A stretch of 60,148 nucleotides of DNA, the filler included, from Dimargaris cristalligena (taxonomy: Eukaryota): the NCBI GenBank assembly GCA_003614675.1. It is 6 parts of 6 records of this genome, joined end to end, with 100 filler letters (N's around TTAATTAATTAA, not from the genome) between each part and the next. Parts side by side here need not be neighbours in the genome. Positions count along the whole stretch, not along the records: positions 20,131 to 30,080 come from ML003218.1; positions 30,181 to 40,112 come from ML003219.1; 4 more parts are not named here. One strand, 5' to 3'. The notes beneath the pieces are model-generated. The model made no database searches, was not told the DNA's origin, and saw only the letters and a list, made by a program, of their open reading frames with translations. Numbering within the stretch: position 1 is the stretch's first letter; the number at the start of each line of letters is the position of its first letter. A program made the translations under genes and the position numbers. This document shows, piece after piece, positions 24,912 through 35,460 of the stretch.

Positions 24912-27005
24912 GCGGACTGATCACCACTGCCACTGCCACTATCATTAGCCCCTACGCCCTTTTCCTCCGTATATATATATTGATCTATACTTATATGTGT
25001 GTTTCCTCACCTCATTTCCATTACGTCCATTCCATCCATTTTGCCATGTATTCCTGTGTATGTATGCATATGACCTTTTAAGTGCATGTGTTTTCGAACA
25101 TTAGAGAGGCCCTCTGCCGTATACATTTATAACTTATTACATTCTGTGTTTTAGTACTATTGTTGCGGCTGGCCAACCTACCTCCACCCGTAAATGTATG
25201 ACAATGTCCCCCTAAAAAATAAATATATAAAATAAAACAGACCTGCACAGTCTGCCGAACCTCTACACATTTGTATAGTAATGGAAGTGGTGTTAATGAT
25301 TTAAAAGAAAGTAGACGGAATAGAATGAGGCCGGGTTTTGTCAAATAGGGCGAACCGGGCTGGTTTTATAGTACATAAAAACCAAAGGAAATTGACCTCG
25401 GCCATGGAATATGTGAGTATCGAACCCCGACCAGGTCTGATCCGATCGTAATATACCCCAAAGTAAATTACCTTCCAGAGAGACAATTCACGGTCTACCA
25501 CACCATCTCTAAATGATCTTTGGCGGTTACGGACTGTCCAGAATGAGGGGGGTAAGACTGGCCCGATGGCCTGTGTCTTGGCATCGATTGAATTAAAGGA
25601 GTGCATCCGCTTTCGTCATTAGCCGATGGTTGCAGCTGGCTTCAAGCATTAGGCCATGAATCCGCCACTCAACACCAGAGATGGCATTTTCTTTGCATTT
25701 TTGAATGATTCTCGGACCTTCTTACAAAACAAGCTAAACCTGTCCCTACGGGATTTTGATGACAATGCCAAGGACGAGCTACACCAGATCCTGCTATGCT
25801 ACAGCTACTTTTTATTTCCATTGTCTTGCGAAGCCCGGCCGAATGACTTGAACATGGTCATCGTTGATGTGCAGCAAAGCCAAAGGTTACTGATTTTATG
25901 TCGGGATTGGACAGTTTAAATTGGAAATGGGGGGGGGGGGGTTCGTAACCTCTAAGCGGGTGGGATATCCTCCCCCCCTTCTTAAGCAGTCGAGTGCGTA
26001 GTAAAAAAGCTGAGTGGAGAAGGAGTGGGGATTTCCAGGAGACGGCCCGAAAGCCCTCTACTATTACTGGTGGTGATGGTGATCTCAGACTGGCTGGTAG
26101 AGGAGGAGGGGGGAGGGTATGTTTTCCGTATTACCCAAAAGACAGGGAGTTGTGGTTGCATCGGATAATCCGGAGCTGGGTGTGTGGAGTCAAGGTGTAA
26201 ATCGGAGGTATTCGTGTCTGGCCGGAACCGAATGGGCCGGGAAAACTAGGGAACTCCGGCGACGATCTCACTGGCCTATCCCGTTGACGATGAAGTTGAT
26301 AATGATGATGAAACTGGCGGCGCAGCATTTCTCGGAAATACGAAGGATATTATATACCACACTCCACTGAAGGGGCAAAGGGGGTTTTGGTTGCTTGTCC
26401 CACCTTAGTAGAGCGAGATGTGTGTGTGTATGTGGGAGGCACAGTGTGGTGATAATAATAATAATAATAGTGGGGGGTAGTCGTATATGTCACGCGCTCC
26501 CCTTTGGATTTAAGTGAGGGTCACCATAGCCATGGAGAGAAAGCAATAGGTGAGAGCCATGGAAAAGGCGATGCAGAAAGACGGGAGGGGAAATGGGCTG
26601 ATTCGCTCTTTCACAATGGAGACCCATCTGGCCATTACGATTGGACATGGCCATGTGTGGCAATCCTTCCCTCAAGCACTGGTTGGCCCAAATGTGGCAC
26701 TTGGCCAATGGAAGCTCCGGAATGGCTCCCGAATTAACTCCACCAAACTTAGCTAGGGATTCCATTTTTCTACCATACCAAATAGGGTTTCTCCAGTTAA
26801 TGGGACTAACCCCGCGAAGTTCTTCTGTTATTCTTAATAGAATAGAAGGGGAGAGGAGGGGGCCGTTTTTATTAAGACAATGTGCGGATCTTAGGCGCAG
26901 GCGCAACACTACCCGTATAGAGGGCCACTTGGCTTGGCAGCAGCTGTAGCAGGCAGGGCAAGTAAAAGACCAGAGAGAGACAGAGACCTTCTCACCCTCC
27001 AGGCG

Positions 27006-27012
27006 TATAAAA
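27006..27012 (+). promoter_or_regulatory. Putative TATA box of the delta-4 desaturase gene
   Basis: TATAAAA ~540 nt upstream of the ATG, followed by a pyrimidine-rich leader. Confidence 0.45.
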
Positions 27013-27074
27013 TCCCGAGCCTTGGCCACGGCAGCCGCCACTGGTTACGTTGCCCTTGGATTGATATAGTTCCT

Positions 27075-27130
27075 ACATACATACATACATACATTTATAC
27101 ACTAATATATATATATATATATATATATAT
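27075..27130. repeat. (TACA)n and (TA)n microsatellites in the desaturase leader
   Basis: Read directly from the sequence. Confidence 0.8.
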
Positions 27131-27549
27131 TCTGCATGTGCTTGTGCGCCGTCTCTATTGGCTGTCATTGGCTTACTCCCCTCCTTCGACACCATTACCT
27201 TTTGTTTCGGCTGAGTCGCGCTCTTTCCCCAGCTACTCAGTTGCCTCTGTATATGTAGTATAACTTCCACTAACTTACTTAGTCTAGCCTCTCTCAAGCG
27301 CTCCAGCTTGGTTGCCTTTCTTCGCTCTGCTTTTCCTACTATTTCTCCATAGTAATAATAATCATAATAATATTTCATACTCACTTCTTTAGTTCCTTTC
27401 TACTGCCTTATTACGACGCCCCTTCCCTATACCGGCCAGCTGGTGGTTCTGGTCTTTTTCCTGCTATATAGTTGTGCATGGTCTCACCCTTTTCGGCCAC
27501 TTTGCTTTTTCACCCTTTCTTCCATCGTGTTTCTCTACTAAACTAAACC

Positions 27550-28752
27550 ATGGCCCCGCCTCCGCCCACTGCGGTTCTAACTGAGACCGTTTCAACGCCG
27601 GCTCCCGTCTCCCCGGGATACACGAAGCCCGTCAATTCCATCGCTGATCTCCCCAAGGCCACCGTCGAAAACGTCCAGGATGATCCGCGCCATCCCCTCT
27701 ACCTCGGCGACTGGGAGCGTTCCGTGCCCGGCAAGGACACCTACTTTGCCATTGACGACCTCGACGAACCCCACATCAAGCGCAAGAACGCCATCCTCCA
27801 AAAACACCCCGAAATCAAGGAGCTCTACGGCTGCGACAAGAACACCATCTGGATCACCATGTTGGCCGCCGCCTCCCAAGTTGCCCTGGCCTACCTGTTT
27901 GGCCGCGTGCTGACCGACTACACCTGGACCATGGTACTGGTGGCCTACGTCGTCGGTGGGTCGTTCACCAGTCTCTATGGCGTGATTATCCACGAAACCT
28001 GCCACTCGCTGGCCCACACCAACCACTTCGTCAACCGCCTGGTGGGACTGTGCGCTAACATCGGTATCGTGTTCCCCATTGCCATGTCCTTCCGGCGCCA
28101 TCACCTCGAGCACCACACCTACCAGGGTGTCATTGGCAAGGACCCCGACCTGCCCCTGGACTGGGAAGTCAAGATTATTGGCAACCACCCCTTCCTCAAG
28201 ATTATCTGGGTCTTCTTCTACCCCCTGATGTACGTGGTGCGGGGTGCCGCCCAGGGTAAGCGTCTGACCCCCTGGGAAATCACCAACATCTTCTTCACCC
28301 TGTGCACTGACACCCTCATCTGGTTTTACTGTGGACCCCGCGGTTTCATCTACCTGTTCATGTCGCTCTGGCTCGGCTACGGCTTCCACATTGGTGCCGT
28401 ACACTTTATCCAGGAACACTACACCTTCACCGACGGCCAGGAAACCTACTCGTACTACGGTTCCGGTAACAAATTATTCATGAACATCGGCTACCATAAC
28501 GAACACCACGACTTCGTGAAAATCCCCTGGTCCGGTCTGCCGGCCGTCCGCGATACCGCCCCTGAATTCTATAACACCCTGTCCTACCATACCTCCTGGG
28601 TCATGGTCCTATGGATGTTCATCACCGATACCATTCTGGCCCCTCAGAGTCGGGCTGTGCGCTTCTACCGGGATCATCTGGTGGGCCGTCGCTTCTTCAA
28701 GGTCCCGGGCTTTGGCGCCACCTCCCCAACCCTCTCCAAAAAGGCCCAGTAG
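27550..28752 (+). CDS. DES1: Sphingolipid delta-4 desaturase / dihydroceramide desaturase, DEGS family (400 aa)
   Basis: Lipid_DES-type motif DEPHIKRKNAILQKHPEIKELYG; His boxes HETCH, HHLEHH, HNEHH; GQETYSYYG. No b5 domain. Confidence 0.92.
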   Translation: MAPPPPTAVLTETVSTPAPVSPGYTKPVNSIADLPKATVENVQDDPRHPLYLGDWERSVPGKDTYFAIDDLDEPHIKRKNAILQKHPEIKELYGCDKNTIWITMLAAASQVALAYLFGRVLTDYTWTMVLVAYVVGGSFTSLYGVIIHETCHSLAHTNHFVNRLVGLCANIGIVFPIAMSFRRHHLEHHTYQGVIGKDPDLPLDWEVKIIGNHPFLKIIWVFFYPLMYVVRGAAQGKRLTPWEITNIFFTLCTDTLIWFYCGPRGFIYLFMSLWLGYGFHIGAVHFIQEHYTFTDGQETYSYYGSGNKLFMNIGYHNEHHDFVKIPWSGLPAVRDTAPEFYNTLSYHTSWVMVLWMFITDTILAPQSRAVRFYRDHLVGRRFFKVPGFGATSPTLSKKAQ

Positions 28753-30080
28753 TTGCCCAAATTCGGGCCCCATACCCGCCTTATACTATCTTACATACTC
28801 TACTACCCTCTTTTTCTTTAATTGGAACAAATGGCTCTGGAATGTAGTGAGGTAGATGGGTTTGGTTAGAGCGTCTTTCAACTACGGGTGCTTAGTCTTG
28901 CTGCTCTACCAGCTTCTGTTTTTTATTAAGTTTTTTACAACCAACAACCATTAGCGCCTCTGCTTTTTATGTCCTTCCTGTTTAGATTCCCTTTAGCTGA
29001 TACTCCGGCCTGGTCATTCGGGGAATTTACTATTTCCCCTCTTCAATTGCCTCCAGTGAATGTGGGATACTCTCCAATGAAGGCTCATCGCAGAACGGTC
29101 GCAAGAATAAGATGCCAAAACCAGTCCGGGATTTCTAATCATCATCATCATCAGTTCCCCCCGGTTTCTATAGACCTCTGTCGATTTACTCTCTACCTTA
29201 TTATCTTCCTTTGTCCTTTAGTCACTGCTTCTTATACAAGGCTTGCCAATATATTATATCCGCCACTTGGCAAATGGTGCCCCTCCCCCGCCGCCTCTTT
29301 CAGCACTCGCTCATTCTCCACTTCATATATTTCTTACAATGCGATTACGTTACTATCGATTGATTATTACATTATAATACATCCCCCTTTCAACCTAATG
29401 AATATCTCTACCACCCATGGTCCCCCTGATATTCACAATGTGCGCGCATTGTCAAGCAGTTTCTTTCCTTTTGGGAAAGATTGGGCGTGGATATGCTTAT
29501 ACTTGCCAGTGGTGTATACCCATGTTTTACTAGAAACACTTGAGTTTGACCATTGGGAAATTAGCTGTACAAATGATTTTCAAAGCCCCAACGTTAGGCC
29601 ATGAACAGGCGGAATCGTGTGGTAAGATGTAGAAGAAATATGAGGTAGATTAATTGACACCATTTTGAAGTATTGATACGAGATTTTCCACCATCCAGGT
29701 GTACGGGGACGTGCTTAATGGGGCTCTCCTCTCCTTTTACAAGGGTAATGATGTAAAAGGAAAATCAGGGACAGGATATTTGGTGTAAGTATCTTGAAGT
29801 CTTTTCTGTTTAGAGGGTTCTACTTTGACGGACTGGTTTTAAATTAAAGAAATCAATACCAACTGGCTGTGTATTTATACCGAAATCGCCAAAGCAGTCA
29901 GAGCAAAACCAAATGAATATGGGTTATCCCGCCAATATAACAGATGGTATAAATTTGAAGTACATTAGTATTACACACTGTTGTGGCCGGGCCTACTTAA
30001 TCCCTAATAGCATATCCCGGCCAAACTATTTTTAGTTTAGAAAAGATGAAGAACATCACCAAATATCAGTCTTCATCTTT

Positions 30081-30180
30081 NNNNNNNNNNNNNNNNNNNN
30101 NNNNNNNNNNNNNNNNNNNNNNNNTTAATTAATTAANNNNNNNNNNNNNNNNNNNNNNNNNNNNNNNNNNNNNNNNNNNN
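30081..30180. other. Artificial contig spacer
   Basis: N44-TTAATTAATTAA-N44. Confidence 0.99.
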
Positions 30181-31532
30181 ACAGTGATCGAGGCATGGTT
30201 GTAGGGTGAGGTATAGAGATTTAGAAGACCTCTGGATAGGCCGTGGCCAAACCTTTATAAAGCGGATATGTAAGCTTGGATCCCACCGCAGTGGTTATTA
30301 ATGGCTATTGTGAATAACTAATCTCTTGAGGCTTGGAAGGGGTAGCTTTTGTCTTTTTTAAAAACAACTGTTGAAAATAATACCATTTATGGTCGAATAA
30401 ATAATCTCGTCCGATTAAACGCCTAGTTTGAAGGGGTAACTAGCCCCCCTTCCACCAGAGCGTCCGCCAGAAATGGTAGGTACAAGTCACGCAAGTACTT
30501 AAAGTAGCCCGTTTTGGCCAAACTACATCGTATACCCTGCATTGATGCAGTAACTGTACATCAATTCTTATTTCGACGACGCTTCCAAGGACTACGTTTC
30601 CGGATTTGGCCGGTTTCCCACTTTCGCCTAACCACCTTATTTAAGCGCCGGGCCAATCGCTGCCCTGCCCTGGGCAATACCTCCCAGTTAGGTAAGTTAC
30701 AAACCGGTAAGACTATTTCACTGAGGGCCGGTCTATTTATCAAGCATACCACAGGGGGTGGATGGATCCGGGTTCGACATAACAAACAAAAAGAGGCTTA
30801 GCCCACCGGAGCATACCGTCAAAGAATCACCAGTACTTGGAAATATGGCTGGTTGTATTCGCCAGCCCCATATAGTCTTCCGTGTGAGCTCCTCCTATAG
30901 TTTCCGGATTTGCGTAATTTGTCCGGGGGTGTACGAGAAACGCAAAGGTTGCCTGCGAAGGACTGGATTCCACTATTCAAACGAAACGAGACCTAAGTCA
31001 GTTGACTAAGTAGTAAATGGGCCCAGGTACACGGGAAGTGGGGTTACGTTTCACTACAACTAAAGTTGGAGCTGCTTTTCCAGCATGTGCTCTCCAAAAG
31101 TGTGCTGCTGGGAATATCCCATTGGTATTTTTGTAATTGACGTTTGTGAGGGTTATTTCTGGGATAGTTGGCAGTTGAGAATTGATCGCAAGGTAGTCGT
31201 TAGAAAGTAGGTGCCGCATAATCTCTTTGCCATAAACTAGGTAACCATGTAGATTTTCGCAGTCTGTTAGTAAAAATTATTTCTGAAGCATATAGCTGAG
31301 CAATACACCCAGTCGGCATAGCCCTATAAGCCCGACGACAGAGCGATGTCCCTTCTCGTAACCGACCACTTTATCGGCTTGAACTTCCGAATCAAGTCCA
31401 CAGTATTAAGCCTATATATTGCCTAGTTGGATTCCAAACGCCCCCATCCATCGCCATGAAGGTGGTGGGCCTTGGTAACAGGCACCCCTACTACCCTGAA
31501 AGTCCTTCCTAACCGTATTTCCAACGATTATA

Positions 31533-31678
31533 CATATGGATGAAATTCAAACCAGTTGTATAAGGTTTTACATAATACGTGTATTGGTGAATATATGTGA
31601 GAATGGCTTTTAACCAGTAATATTGGCCTCATCCAATGGATTTTTCGTTATACAGCCTGAATGACCTTCTCCCATATG
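31533..31678 (-). mobile_element. MITE family copy 3 (146 bp, TA target-site duplication, Tc1/mariner-like)
   Basis: TA|CATATGGATGAAATTCAAACCAGTTGTATAA ... TTATACAGCCTGAATGACCTTCTCCCATATG|TA. Same length as, and closely similar to, 16866-17011. Confidence 0.88.
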
Positions 31679-32192
31679 TACTACTATTAGTTATTGACAG
31701 CATTGCCTTTAATTATTCGCATTTTGCATATACTAAGAATGGGTCCTTTATAGGTTTGATCATTTGTTATTTAGTGGATTAAAACAGGGGATTGATGACT
31801 TTTCCCTACCATCCCACTCTCTGATTATACCCTCACCAAGATAATGACTTGCCGTGCCCACTGGGTGAGGTTCAAGTGACTATGGCCATTTTATTTCATC
31901 AGCGAGAATACGCCACCAGGTGGATAGCAAACAGGTTTATTGATCCAACGGCTTAAACCATCATATAAAAGACAGAAATACCACACAACATCTCGGGGTT
32001 CTCTATACCATAATAAAATAATAATAATAAATATATTTAAAGCGGCATCACTCAGCCAAGCCGTAACCCTACATAATTGAACTCGAAATCAAGATCGCTA
32101 AAGCGGTTTTGGGGGTTTATTCGTATAGTAATCCCATATGCCTGTGCACCAAACTATTTAATAAGGGAGTAATACTGGTGTCTACGGGATAA

Positions 32193-34037
32193 TCAGGTCT
32201 TAAAAACATGTACCACTCGGGTAATCCGTTGCCGGCAAATGGGACACTCGTTGGTACTCGTTTGCAGCCGCTTAGCACAGTCCATACAGGTGGCCATATG
32301 ACCGCATTCCAGTATGATGGAATTGATGAGAGAATCGAAACAAACGCGACAGCTATTCTCGTTATTATCAGGGTCGCGGGTATATTCGGCTACACAGAAT
32401 CACGTATACATAGTTATAGAGCAGGGTACCAAGTCATTAGCCAGGTTATGATAAAATAGTTTACATCGGCCCAATTTAAATAATTCACGCTCACGAAGTG
32501 GCAGTGAGCTCTCCGCATGTGACCCCTAATGGCTTCCAAAAAATACAAGAGATGTATTCCAGGCCCACTGTTTAGGAACATTCCAGAGTAGAAATCCGAA
32601 CTGTTTAGGCTTACCTAGTTCCGCCCGAGTATTGTCGACCAGCGTACGAACTTTTTGAACTAAGTCGCTCTTTTCAATGACGTCCCGATGATCAATGTAA
32701 TGTTCATCCAAAATGACCTTTAACTGGCGAGCCGGTAATTGAGCAATGTCCATTCGGTTAGCAATAATGGCCGCGATGGTGGGTGGTGGGGGCTGCGGTT
32801 TTGGTTCCGCTGGCGGGGCGGCCGGCGTCGACGATGATGACGACGGCGGGGGGGTCTCCCGCGGGTGGGCTGGCGTGGGCCCGGTTGGTCTATGGGAGGT
32901 AGGGGGTGTAGCGGACGGAACGAACCCTTCCCAATCCCCGGAAGTATGTTCCGCGCCAAAGTTATTCCCGTACAGCTGGGCGATTAGCGAATCCATCCCC
33001 TCCAATTCAGCGGCCGTTAGGGGGCGCGTAAAGGACCATGTTTGGTCATTCACCACGGCCTCTGCTGGTCGCGGACAGGGGATGGGGATATGATTGCGGC
33101 GGTAGGCCCGTTCGTAGCGATCCGCCAAGGGCTGGGCACTGTGGATCAAATGAGCCAGTTCGGCTTTTTCCATGAGACCGCCCCGCCGTCTTCCTATCCC
33201 GCCTCCGCTCCCCAGTATGGGTAATTCGTAGGCCCGGGCGTAGGCTTGCAGTAGCCGGGTGGGTACATTACCCAAGGTTTCCGCATCGAGTAAGCCCAAG
33301 GCTAGGAATCGGTCACATGGGGCACAGACCCGGGCGGGGGCCGCTGGGTCATTATAGAGGAATTTAGGGATAAGCCAGCGGTGGGGAGTGCAGGCGGCAC
33401 AAAGAACGCTACCGCAGTTGCGGCAGTGGTGCTTCGGACGTAGTAGGTTGAACGAGAGGCCGCAGCCGTAGCAGGCATTGTATAAAGCCGGGTCTTTCAG
33501 AATGGGAAGGGTGTGGATAAATGGGGGGCGGCAAGTGAGGCCAGGGGCGGTGGCTCTTCGCCTTGATTCGGCCAGTAAGGGCTGACCCTCGGGGGTAAGC
33601 ACATAACTTTGGGTAGAAGGGGAAATGGAAGTGGCAGTAGAAGTTGAAGTAGAGGTCGTTGTACTCGAGAAGAGTTGTTGGGGTCGGGCATTGGCCAAGG
33701 GTGGCGGTTGTACTGACGACGACGACGACAATGACTCACGGTTGATATGGGAGGAGTTTTTCGTCGCATTCCGCGAATTGTCCCAACGTGGCGAAGAGGG
33801 GGATGGGCTCGGACTAAAGAACCGGGTTAAAGTGCGTCGAACGTCGGGGAACAGGTTCGTTGTGGTAGACTGGCTACTACGGCCTGTGCCCGAACCGGTA
33901 ACGGAAGCCATGGGGTCGTCAGAGTCGAGAGTATCCTCAGGGCCAGTTATTTTAAGGGGTCGAAGGGCTATCCGAAGCGCCGTCCGCTCGGGCTCGGGAA
34001 AGTCATCGAAAACGGTTTCGGGAACGCCCGGCTCCAT
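32193..34037 (-). CDS. FYVE + two SAP-like + C-terminal RING-HC E3 ubiquitin ligase, RNF34/RFFL-like (539 aa, 2 exons)
   Basis: Exons 34037-32615 and 32389-32193; intron 32614-32390 (GTAAGC...GCTAAT...TGTGTAG) joins them in frame. FYVE CYGC...KHHCRNCG...CAAC...CAPC; SAP-like [27 protein letters not shown]; exon-2 [29 protein letters not shown]...CPICR, which the ORF track misses. Confidence 0.9.
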
Positions 34038-35460
34038 GGTTCACAGAGAGTTTTCCTGCCCCGGAATTCCCTGGCTGGGTGGGTAGCCTGTATACGGGGT
34101 TAGGAGGTAGGAGGAAAGTAACGGCGCCGCTCTCGAGTAGAATACGCTGGAGGGATGAAAAGGAGGAAATTCAGTAGAGGAATGGTGTGGGTTGGTCGAT
34201 AAGTGCAACTTATAAGCTAGCAGGAGTGAAGGGCTAGACGGTAATTAAATATGCCAAGAGTAGTATAATAAGTAGTAAGGCTGGGCTGTCGTCGGTCAGT
34301 GTATAAGTGAGACGACTGGTAAATACTAGAGTAAAAGTAGTGAGGGTTGGCGCTGCGTGCTGTACGGGAGTTGCTAATATAAAGACTAGAGTAAAAAGCA
34401 AGGAATGGTGGCCGTGAGGGCACTAAAATATAGATGTTAAAATCATCTAGGCATTTCCCTGGCTATAATAGCCAACACAGCCTTATAGGCAATCCCTGGC
34501 GACAAAATTGGTAGTTGGAGATATATAGGGAACCCTTCCTTTTAATTTCAGTAGTCGACGCATTCGACTTCGCCTTTACCGTTTGGGTATATTGAACGAT
34601 AAATCCGTATACTACAGTACCAATATAGCCAAGGAAACGGGGTTAGCGAAGCATCTGAGGTGGTAGAAGGGTCCAAAACCGATGCCTAAACCTTCGCATT
34701 TCCCTCGCTCCACGAACTTGCTGGACTGGTGGTGAATGGCTTTGTATGTTGCATCCCAACGAGGAAGGATGAAGGACAAGATGATCTCGTGGTTCAACTA
34801 AAAGTTGGGCACCACCAGCCAAATTAGGCTAAATGGGTTGGAGTTATTAAGTCTCACGGATATTGGTGGGATACTTTACTTTGGACTACTTGTTATAGTA
34901 TCCTCCTCTCCCTTTCTAAATGTACAACAGTCATTTTGCCCAACTTCAGCATTGCCCAAATTCCACGCAATACATGATCGCTAGGGTCACATGGTCGGTT
35001 TCTATGTTATTGGTGCTTACCATTCTCAGGCTCACTGAATTAGGGCGGCCCCTCCCTTTTCATGGGTACATGGTCTGCCGCAAATCACTAAGCACCAACC
35101 TTCACCGCCCATTTGTAAGACACATTTGGAATTAATTGACTAGAAATTAAATAGAGGGATATGGGGGATTGGCCAATGGTATGCGATGAGGACGCGGGGC
35201 ATGTAAATGAATTTAATAACATGAAACTATTGAAACGTTAGGACTGAGGAAATAATGTACAAAAGGTAAGACAATCTTATGAAATGAACAGGGTGAAGGA
35301 GGAGGGAGTGTATAAAGTCAATTAAAACGTAGATAATGAAGGGGGAAAAGGACTTTGGGCGTGTCAGTAATAACGGCACGTTCACTATTCTTCCACTGAA
35401 TCGATTTTCGGCGGAATAATCGCCTCGATGGCACTGAATATAAGACGTGGGGCTGGAAGG

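Noticed and set aside
32526-32614. ORF-track C-terminus of the FYVE protein
   Set aside because: Intron sequence; the spliced form supplies the RING domain.
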